Source: a bacterium (GTDB lineage Bacteria > RBG-13-61-14 > DATKZS01). Taken from it: a stretch of 11,389 nt of DNA. Positions 1 to 6,549 of the stretch are shown piece by piece. A program made the position numbers and the translations under genes. The stretch covers positions 1-11,389 of the forward strand of contig JAWOBU010000056.1 in NCBI GenBank assembly GCA_046484135.1. Direction: 5' to 3'. The notes below the pieces were generated by a model. That model did not search any database. It saw only the letters and a program-made list of their open reading frames with translations, and had not been told where the DNA came from. Position 1 is the first letter of the stretch; every line of letters starts with the position of its first letter.

Positions 1-359
1 AGAGAAAACTGCGCCGGACCGGAAAGGTCCTCCGGCTTTTGCCCCGCCTTTTTGGCCGCGTCTTCGTAAAGAGCCCTTGCCCGGTCGCGGTGGCCTCCGG
101 CTTTGCCAAGATACTCGACCAGCCGGTCGGGGTCGAAGTCCACGTTGGTCAAGGTCGAAAACAGGGCCTCGACAGTAAACACGTCAATGGCGTGATCATG
201 CGCGCCCAGTTTACCCGCCCGGTGCATATACTGGCTTATGCCTTTCAAGGCGTACACCAAAAGGTCCTGTAGAGTCGCCGTGTCGTGGTCCTTGCCGCAC
301 ACTCCCTTGGTGGTGCATCCTTGTCCCTTGGCCGTCTGTTCGCATTGATAACAAAACAT
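1..359 (-). CDS. hcp: Hydroxylamine reductase / hybrid-cluster (prismane) protein, 5' part (runs off the window edge)
   Basis: Manual translation of the minus strand from ATG at 359 gives MFCYQCEQTAKGQGCTTKGVCGKDHDTATLQDLLVYALKGISQY...EALFSTLTNVDFDPDRL. This has the HCP N-terminal C-x2-C-x8-C-x5-C cluster motif and the TLTNVxFD motif. AGGAGG Shine-Dalgarno at 371-366. Not in the supplied ORF track because there is no stop inside the window. Confidence 0.96.
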   Translation of the reverse strand, partial: MFCYQCEQTAKGQGCTTKGVCGKDHDTATLQDLLVYALKGISQYMHRAGKLGAHDHAIDVFTVEALFSTLTNVDFDPDRLVEYLGKAGGHRDRARALYEDAAKKAGQKPEDLSGPAQFS

Positions 360-414
360 CTCGTTCCTCCTTTTCGTTTCTGTTTCTGTTTTCCTTTCTT
401 GGCCCGCTATTTCT

Positions 415-432
415 TATTCAAGTACTTAAATA
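415..432. promoter_or_regulatory. Putative repressor operator (18-bp dyad) overlapping the predicted hcp transcription start
   Basis: TATTCAAGTACTTAAATA matches its reverse complement at 16 of 18 positions and lies immediately downstream of the -10 box. Confidence 0.55.
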
Positions 433-434
433 CC

Positions 435-463
435 AAAATAACAGCCGCAGGAACGAATGTCAA
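435..463 (-). promoter_or_regulatory. Sigma70-type promoter for hcp
   Basis: Minus strand reads TTGACA (463-458), 17-bp spacer, TATTTT (440-435), with a TGn extended -10. An A/T-rich tract just upstream resembles an UP element. Confidence 0.75.
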
Positions 464-565
464 GGGGGAAAAGTAAAAAAATTGGGATCACCGTATTTAA
501 GTGTGGGGGGCGGAGAATGTTTATTACCGACATCGGGCCTTTCCTTATGATTATAAAGGCTGTTT

Positions 566-758
566 TGCGTTTTTCGCATTCTCGGCTGCCAGCGGGGAGT
601 CTGCCCCGGGGCCTCTTCTCAGATATTGCACCCGTGCCGGCCCGGAGAACAGGGCAACTTAAGGCGTGCGAACCGAGAGCCGAGGTCGGTGACGTTGGGC
701 CGGGCCAGTTCCGGCCTTTTCCCTGTCCCCGCTGGCAGCCCTAAAAGCGATAAACGCA
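566..758. repeat. 193-nt intergenic element with 33-bp imperfect terminal inverted repeats (candidate structured ncRNA or MITE)
   Basis: 566-598 versus the reverse complement of 726-758 match at 28/33 positions, including a perfect 15-bp core GGCTGCCAGCGGGGA (584-598) / TCCCCGCTGGCAGCC (726-740). Further internal complementary segments are present. The repeat is certain; its identity is not. Confidence 0.6.
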
Positions 759-801
759 GCTTTGGTTTTTCCACCCACCCTAAAATACGTAAAACCAAAA
801 T

Positions 802-830
802 TTGGAAACCGAAAGGCCGTGTGGTAAAAG
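802..830 (+). promoter_or_regulatory. Possible sigma70 promoter for yjbQ
   Basis: TTGGAA (802-807), 17-bp spacer, TAAAAG (825-830) preceded by TGG. The -10 lacks the conserved final T. Confidence 0.35.
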
Positions 831-877
831 TCCACCTGGACGGGAAAGAGAAAAACCGAAAGAACAGGAGGCAGCCC

Positions 878-1294
878 ATGAAGTCCTACCGCCGCGTGCT
901 GAGCTTTACCACGGAGGAGGCCGAGGAGGTCTTGAACATTACTGAACAGTGCGAGAGCGCTTTGTCCGAGTCCGGAGTAACCGAAGGGATCATGCTGGTC
1001 TTTCCGCTCCATACCAGCTCGTCGGTGTTCATAAGCGACAGCGACTTTTCCGTGGCCCTGGATTACCAGGAACTCCTGGAGAACCTCGCCCCCGCCCTCG
1101 CAGGCTACCGCCACGATGAGACCGACCCGAAAAAGAACGCACACGGACATTTGCGCTCGGTGCTCACCGGACACCACATCACCTGCCCGGTGACCGAGGG
1201 CAGGCTCGACTTCGGCTCTTTCCACACCATCTACTACCTGGAGCTCGACGGCCGCCGTCCCAAGGAGGTCCTGGTAAAGATCATAGGGGAGTAG
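878..1294 (+). CDS. yjbQ: YjbQ / UPF0047 family protein (secondary thiamine-phosphate synthase-like), 138 aa
   Basis: True start is most likely the ATG at 878 (AGGAGG at 866-871), not 626. Family motifs: LNITEQC, SGVTEGIMLVFPLHTSSSV, YRHD, NAHGHLRSVL, GRLDFGSFHTIYYLELDGRRPKEVLVKIIGE. Confidence 0.9.
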   Translation: MKSYRRVLSFTTEEAEEVLNITEQCESALSESGVTEGIMLVFPLHTSSSVFISDSDFSVALDYQELLENLAPALAGYRHDETDPKKNAHGHLRSVLTGHHITCPVTEGRLDFGSFHTIYYLELDGRRPKEVLVKIIGE

Positions 1295-1391
1295 TGTTGG
1301 CCAAGACATAAAACGAATTCGAGGTCCCCGCACAACCGGCCCCGAAGACGTTTACCATAAAGATCGCAACGCCCGGCTTTCTTTGTTTTAC

Positions 1392-1417
1392 CTTTGCGCT
1401 TTTGCACCTTTGCGTGA
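1392..1417. repeat. Short 8-bp tandem repeat (CTTTGCGC / TTTTGCAC / CTTTGCGT-GA)
   Basis: Three degenerate 8-mers in the intergenic region between convergent genes. Confidence 0.5.
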
Positions 1418-1480
1418 AACAGAAGTTTATTTTGGAAAGTGTTAAGTCAGCGCTGTTCCTAACTGGCCACTTGATCGTCC

Positions 1481-2539
1481 TCAGAGCCTCTCCCTGCCGA
1501 AGAAGCCGTACAGCCTTTCGATCTCGCGCTGGGTGATGCCTCTCTCGCGCAAGGGCTTTTCGATCTCCTTTTTTACGTCGGGCAGCCAGGTCTTCAGGAT
1601 GGACGCTCCGCCCGCCTCGGGCGAGATGGACACCGCCGGGCGCTCAGCCGGCAACACCAGGCTCCGGCCTTTTGATATAGTCTCGGTGCACTCTCCCGAG
1701 ACCACCAGCGCCCGGCCATAAACGCCGGTGAGCACGGCAAAGCCCATCCCCGGCCCTTCGCGCCACTGGCTCCTGAGGTCGAGCCGCATGGTGGCCGCAG
1801 TGCTGGAAGCATAAAGCCAGGTGAAGGCGTTTTGCCCCTCTATATAACCGAGCGGCGCTACCGGCGCCCCTTGCCGCGGCAGAGGCTCGATAACCAGATG
1901 TCGTGCGACCCTGGTATAGGAGACGCGGGCGGGCGCTTCGGTCTTTTCCGGCTCGACCAGGACCTCGTAGGCCAGCACGCCAGCTCCCAGCGCGTATGGA
2001 AAGCCTGCAGGAGCGAGAAGTACGGTGCCGGCCTGTGCCGGAATCTCCTGGAGAAGCTCGGGGTCGGGACTTTTTATAAGAAGGGACTTGAACCGCTCCG
2101 CTTCAAGGTTCTTTCTTCTGCCGAAGTAAATGCACGAGTCCGGCCGGGCCTCGATCACATGCAGTGCCAGGAGCGGCCGGGGCGCTTTCCTGGGCCGCTG
2201 GCGGGTTGTTGCCGGCTCGACCATGCGAAGCGAGGAGGGAACGTGCTCCGCTGCCCGCAGTCGGACCTCGAGACCAAGGCCGCCCCCGTATAACCACATG
2301 CCGGATTCCCCCGCCAACCGCTCGCCAAAGTCCTTTAAGAGCTCCGGCCAGGTGCGGCCCGCCAGCGGTCCTTCCGCGATCTCGAGACCCGGCCAGGGAT
2401 GAGTGGAGAACTCGAGGCCGGCAGAGGCCGCGTCTACTCCCAGTTTCGGCCGGTCGAGGTGTTCGAGGAGCCACTGCCCTTCGCCCGGCCCGTGTTCGTA
2501 TTGCTCCTTAAATCGAAGGATTGGAGGTAGAGACTTCAT
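1481..2539 (-). CDS. Type I mannose-6-phosphate isomerase-like cupin protein, apparently lacking catalytic metal ligands, 352 aa
   Basis: Colinear similarity to bacterial ManA/GmuF-type PMI as recalled: PILRFKE, EFSTHP...IAEGPLAGRTWPELLKDFGERLAG, HVIEARPDSCIYFG, LLQEIPAQAGTVLLAPAGFPYALGAGVLAYEV, and a C-terminal cupin ISKGRSLVLPA. The canonical QVHP, KxE and GTxHA motifs are absent. Confidence 0.7.
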   Translation of the reverse strand: MKSLPPILRFKEQYEHGPGEGQWLLEHLDRPKLGVDAASAGLEFSTHPWPGLEIAEGPLAGRTWPELLKDFGERLAGESGMWLYGGGLGLEVRLRAAEHVPSSLRMVEPATTRQRPRKAPRPLLALHVIEARPDSCIYFGRRKNLEAERFKSLLIKSPDPELLQEIPAQAGTVLLAPAGFPYALGAGVLAYEVLVEPEKTEAPARVSYTRVARHLVIEPLPRQGAPVAPLGYIEGQNAFTWLYASSTAATMRLDLRSQWREGPGMGFAVLTGVYGRALVVSGECTETISKGRSLVLPAERPAVSISPEAGGASILKTWLPDVKKEIEKPLRERGITQREIERLYGFFGRERL

Positions 2540-2563
2540 TTAGCCGACTGCGCCATGAAACCG

Positions 2564-5233
2564 TTAATACACCGCTGCCGGCACGTTCCAGCCCGAGACC
2601 TCGAGCGCCGGGCTCTTGCCCTCCAAGTCGGAAAGGTAATAGGACGCCGTGATCTCGCGTGCCTCCCCCGGCAAAAGACTCGAGTAATTGTCCTCCCAGA
2701 ATACCGGCAGGTCCTCGTCGCCGCCCCGGCCGCGGGTCAGCTTAAGCCGCACCTGAAAAGCCACTGACCCGCTCGTGTTCCTTATGGTTACGCGCGTCAG
2801 CCCTTCCTCTCTTTTCTGCTCGTGAGAAGTCTTTACATCTACTTCAGCGGCCGGCAGATCATCGAGAGCCGTAAAGTCGGCGTAGTTCTTGGCCGGGGTG
2901 TAGTACCATTGGGTCAGTGCCCAGGCGAGCTCGTCCCGCTTTTTCGACAGCCAGTAGAAGTTCCTGCTTATGAGCTTCCCGTCCTTTGCAGTAAGGCGCA
3001 GTGAAAGAAAGTACGTCTTAGATACGTCTCGAAGCTCTGGCAATGAGAAGGCCTTGACAACCCCGTCGCTCGCGAGGTCAATGGTCTCTTGTTTGGACCA
3101 TGCCACTTTGCCCGAGATGTCGAGCACCCGGGCCGAAACCACGAGGTCCTCGAAGTCTTGGTAAAGGCCGTTCACTGCCGTGATCTGCCGGCGCTGGTAG
3201 TCGAACATGACGTGCATCGGCTCGCAGGCCTTTTTGGTCCCGAAGTAGCCGCCGGCGGGCCTCAAGTAATAGTCGTAAAGGTGCCAGATAAGCGACGGCC
3301 AGGCGTCGTTCAGCATCCATTGAATAACGCCGGTCGAGGTATACTTGCGGGAGCGGAACGCCTCGATCATGGCCCGCTGTCCCTCGTAGGTCATGGCCTG
3401 CGACTTCACGGCATAGTCCTCTATCGTGTCCGCCTTGCCGTACCTTTTCTCGAGCGCCTTGGTGAACACGTCCAGGTCGCCGAACATGTTCCTGCCGCAG
3501 TGATACTCCCAGCACTTGTCCACGGGCCAGAGATGACCGGGCAAAAAGTTCTCCAAACTCTCGACCGGCGGCACTGCCGGACCGGGGCTGGTCTCGGTGT
3601 TGAAGCCCCAGGCGCCGCCGTGCTTTTTGTCTTCGTACCAGTACACGGGCGGGACCCACTCGTAAGGCCCGTTCATCTTGACGCCCGACGGCCCGGAGTA
3701 CTCCGCGGGCGCTTCGGTGGCCGATGACACCGCTGGCGCGGGCCAGTGCAGGTCTTCCAGGACCTCGAGGTAGGTCTTCTCGACCTCTTTGGGCGGCGGG
3801 TTGTCGCTTCCGTTCAGCCAGGCCAGCATGGAAGGATGATGCCGGAGCCGCCGCACCTGGTCGCGCTGGGAAAGCTTTGCAACCTTGTAGTCCTCGTCGT
3901 CCCACTTTCTCCACCTCTCCCAGTGATGACAGCAGCACCAGCCCGCCATGACCAGGATGCCCTCACGGTCGCAAAGCTCGAAGAACTCCTCCCGCTCCAT
4001 CTTGCCTTCCAGGCGAATGGTGTTTAAGCCCATCTCCTTTACGTACTTTATCTGGTGGGCCAGTCTTTCCGGCCGGTTCCGGAAAAACATGTCCGGTGCC
4101 CAGCCTGCGCCGCGGACCATGATCCTCCTGCCGTTAACCTTGAACACCAGGTGGCCCTGGTCGGTGAACTCGGAGGACACCTCCCGGATGCCGAAGCGGA
4201 CGCTCTCGCGGTCGGAGAGTGTCTCATCCACGCTTGCCCGGAACTCGAAGTCATATAGGTTCTGTTCTCCCCAGTCCGCGGGCCACCAAAGCTCGGGGGC
4301 CTCTAGCACGAGCTCGGGAAACTCGGCCGGTTTGAACTCGATCTCTTTTTCTTCGCCCGCTTCGAGCGCGACTTGTTTTTTTAACGTGATGTCGTCTCCG
4401 AGCTTCGCGGCGATCGTGGCCGTGAGCTTTTTGCCGGAGGCGTTCACCGCGGTGATGAGCGGAGTGAGGCTTGCTTTGTTCAAGGTTTTGGTATCGAGCT
4501 CGGTCACCACGTGGGGGAATCTCAGGTCCACCGGTCCGGTGGTAGTGATATACACGGGTTTCCACAGTCCCATGTTCCGGTCGGGCGGCGCCGGGTTCCA
4601 GTCCACCCATGTTATGGCGAGGTCCCGGTGTCCGGGCGGGTAGACCTTTAAGGCAAGCGCGTTCCTGCCGGGCTTTACCTTGCCGGTTACGTCCAGGCAA
4701 AAGGTCCGGTAGGTCCCGTAGACGCGGTCCTTGCCGGCTATCTTCTTTCCGTTTATCCACACGTCCGCGGCGTAGTTTACACCGCGAAGGTGAAGCCAGG
4801 TCCGCTTGTTTTTTGTTTCAGCAGAGACGTTGAACTCGGTGCGGAACCACCACGGGTCTCGGAAAGGACTGCCCGGCGGCATGGGGAGGGCAGACACGTC
4901 CAAAGGCGGCGGCCAGGTGCCGGGCACGTCCCGGAGGTTTTCCCCTGTAAAAGGATCGGGGTATACGCCGGCCTCGACCAGCATGGCCATGACCGTGCCC
5001 GGGCCTTCCGCGCTCTTCCAGGCCGTATCCGAAAAGCCCGCTTGCGAGACCGCACGCCCTGCCGCTTCCATGTCCTCCGAGCTTCTCACCGACCAGGCCC
5101 CGTCCAGCTTAAGTCGAGAATCAGCATGAGAGCTTTCGGAAAAATGACTTGCGTCTTCCCCGCCGACCGCTGCCGGAGGCGCCAGACAAGCGGCAACGAA
5201 AAACAGCAATATCAACCCGGACCTCTTTATCAT
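2564..5233 (-). CDS. Secreted glycoside hydrolase family 2, exo-beta-D-glucosaminidase (CsxA)/beta-mannosidase-like, about 889 aa
   Basis: Start probably ATG at 5233 (AAAGGAGA upstream), followed by a signal peptide MIKRSGLILLFFVAACLAPPAAVG. GH2 architecture: WWFRTEF, LRGVNYAADVWING, RFGIREV, FKVNGRRIMVRGAGW, MGLNTIRLEGK, RLRHHPS-WLNGSD (Asp acid/base as in CsxA instead of the usual NE), FNTETSPG (nucleophile Glu), and a C-terminal Ig-like domain PVFWEDNYSSLLPGE. Confidence 0.92.
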   Translation of the reverse strand: MIKRSGLILLFFVAACLAPPAAVGGEDASHFSESSHADSRLKLDGAWSVRSSEDMEAAGRAVSQAGFSDTAWKSAEGPGTVMAMLVEAGVYPDPFTGENLRDVPGTWPPPLDVSALPMPPGSPFRDPWWFRTEFNVSAETKNKRTWLHLRGVNYAADVWINGKKIAGKDRVYGTYRTFCLDVTGKVKPGRNALALKVYPPGHRDLAITWVDWNPAPPDRNMGLWKPVYITTTGPVDLRFPHVVTELDTKTLNKASLTPLITAVNASGKKLTATIAAKLGDDITLKKQVALEAGEEKEIEFKPAEFPELVLEAPELWWPADWGEQNLYDFEFRASVDETLSDRESVRFGIREVSSEFTDQGHLVFKVNGRRIMVRGAGWAPDMFFRNRPERLAHQIKYVKEMGLNTIRLEGKMEREEFFELCDREGILVMAGWCCCHHWERWRKWDDEDYKVAKLSQRDQVRRLRHHPSMLAWLNGSDNPPPKEVEKTYLEVLEDLHWPAPAVSSATEAPAEYSGPSGVKMNGPYEWVPPVYWYEDKKHGGAWGFNTETSPGPAVPPVESLENFLPGHLWPVDKCWEYHCGRNMFGDLDVFTKALEKRYGKADTIEDYAVKSQAMTYEGQRAMIEAFRSRKYTSTGVIQWMLNDAWPSLIWHLYDYYLRPAGGYFGTKKACEPMHVMFDYQRRQITAVNGLYQDFEDLVVSARVLDISGKVAWSKQETIDLASDGVVKAFSLPELRDVSKTYFLSLRLTAKDGKLISRNFYWLSKKRDELAWALTQWYYTPAKNYADFTALDDLPAAEVDVKTSHEQKREEGLTRVTIRNTSGSVAFQVRLKLTRGRGGDEDLPVFWEDNYSSLLPGEAREITASYYLSDLEGKSPALEVSGWNVPAAVY

Positions 5234-5289
5234 GAGTTCTCCTTTGCAGTTGGCCTTCAATTCCACTGCCGGACGCGAATGATCATTCT

Positions 5290-5324
5290 TCTATACCATA
5301 ACCGGAGTACTTCCGAGATGGCAA
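5290..5324 (-). promoter_or_regulatory. Possible sigma70 promoter for the GH2 gene
   Basis: TTGCCA (5324-5319), 18 bp, TATGGT (5300-5295). Alternatively an extended -10 TGgTATAGA (5298-5290). Confidence 0.4.
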
Positions 5325-5414
5325 ACGAAAAGCTTACGCGCTCTCGCCGCCCGACCTGCTCGCCGGTCCTCTAACTGCCGGGATGGTAGAGAACTTCTTT
5401 GACCGCGGCCTTAC

Positions 5415-5443
5415 TCGACAAAACCGGCCCGGGTTGCTATGCT
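5415..5443 (+). promoter_or_regulatory. Sigma70-type promoter for the UPF0104 gene
   Basis: TCGACA (5415-5420), 17-bp spacer, TATGCT (5438-5443) with a TGc extended -10. Confidence 0.55.
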
Positions 5444-5492
5444 TTCCGCACTTGTGCCGTGCGTGACAACATCTTGAAGACAGGAAAACGCT

Positions 5493-6545
5493 TTGTCTTA
5501 CTACCCGGACAGTAATTCTTTTCCCCCGGACGAACCGGAAGAAACGGTTGCCAGGCCTTCCCTGGCCCGGCAATTGGCTCCTTACGTGTTTGCGGGACTG
5601 ATCCTGGTCTACATGTTTTACAAAGTAGACTTCAGCAGGGTATGGGACATCCTGACCCGCGACGACATCCACCATTTCCTGATTGTGGGGGCCTACCTTG
5701 TCTACTGCGCGGTTTATTACTTTACGGACATCCTGAGCTTTCACCACGCTTATAACCGGTTTAACGCCGCTATCGGCTTCCTGGAGACGGCGCGGCTTCG
5801 GTTCGCCTCCTACACGGTGCAGGCTGTAAACGGGGCCATCACCGAGGTCATGGCCGTGCTTTACATGAGGCGGGTCAAAAAGGTCCCGGTCCTCTCTTCG
5901 AGCTCGTCCGCCGCCTTTGTTTATTTTAACGAGACCTATACCATGGTGGCGCTTCTGTCCTACTGCGCTTTTCTCCTGCCCGAGAAAAACCGGATCGTGA
6001 TCGAGATACCTCATATCGGAGTAACTTTCTGGGGCCTTTTGCAGGGGGCTATTGTCCTGGCCTGGATCGTGCTTCCGTTGTGGCTTGTGTTCTTCCGCAC
6101 CCGGCTGGGGACTTTTTTCGGCAGGCTTTATAACGCGGAGGTTCTTCTCGCCTTCCGGGAGGCCCGACTGCGGGACTACGCCGCGGTCTTCGGCTACCGG
6201 TTCGGCAACAACGTAATCAACGTGCTCATGAACATCGTGATACTCAAGGCCATGGGAATTGACGCTCCCCTGCCGCTTCTTTTTGCCGCGGTGCCGTTCA
6301 TGGTGAACGTGGCTTACTGGCCCATCTCGGTGGGCGGCTTCGGCGGCCCCCAGTTGGTGGCCGACTTCCTGTTAAAAGGATACGCTACTGAAGAGACGGT
6401 GTTTGCCTACAGCCTGATATGGTCGGCCCTGTTCTTTCTCACCCGCACCCTGTCCGGCCTGCCCTTCCTCCGGCCGGTCTACCGGGCGGCTTTCCCGACC
6501 ACTTCCCCCGCGAAGGATATCGAAGTGGAAGCCCGGCCTGATTAA
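5493..6545 (+). CDS. Lysylphosphatidylglycerol-synthase TM domain / UPF0104 (flippase-like) membrane protein, 350 aa
   Basis: TTG start with AGGA at 5482-5485. Multiple hydrophobic helices, an N-terminal LILVYMFYKVDFSRVWDIL pattern and a C-terminal PISVGGFGG motif resembling the family's P-x-x-x-GG-x-G signature. Confidence 0.75.
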   Translation: MSYYPDSNSFPPDEPEETVARPSLARQLAPYVFAGLILVYMFYKVDFSRVWDILTRDDIHHFLIVGAYLVYCAVYYFTDILSFHHAYNRFNAAIGFLETARLRFASYTVQAVNGAITEVMAVLYMRRVKKVPVLSSSSSAAFVYFNETYTMVALLSYCAFLLPEKNRIVIEIPHIGVTFWGLLQGAIVLAWIVLPLWLVFFRTRLGTFFGRLYNAEVLLAFREARLRDYAAVFGYRFGNNVINVLMNIVILKAMGIDAPLPLLFAAVPFMVNVAYWPISVGGFGGPQLVADFLLKGYATEETVFAYSLIWSALFFLTRTLSGLPFLRPVYRAAFPTTSPAKDIEVEARPD

Positions 6546-6549
6546 GCTT

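Noticed and set aside
376..393. GTTTCT tandem repeats in the hcp leader
   Set aside because: Short, low-complexity purine-rich leader on the coding strand; no evidence of function.
604..636. TPP-riboswitch-like GGGTGC...CTGAGA...CCC on the minus strand (tempting given the thiamine link of YjbQ)
   Set aside because: The second half of the aptamer (GAACCTGAT...GCGnAGGGA) is missing and the orientation is opposite to yjbQ.
584..740. Retron msr-msd interpretation of the inverted repeat
   Set aside because: No reverse transcriptase is adjacent on either side.
39..744. Plus-strand ORFs 39-272, 285-476 and 457-744
   Set aside because: They are antisense to hcp or cross its promoter and the repeat element, with no RBS or recognisable motifs.
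626..877. 84-aa N-terminal extension of YjbQ in the ORF track
   Set aside because: A strong AGGAGG precedes ATG 878 and the family domain starts there; the extension crosses the repeat element and promoter-like DNA.
5234..5266. Longer GH2 start at 5266
   Set aside because: ATG 5233 has the RBS and gives a clean signal peptide.
5303..5315. CGGAGTACTTCCG dyad sharing an AGTACT core with the hcp operator candidate
   Set aside because: The flanks differ completely, and a shared 6-7 bp core is expected by chance.
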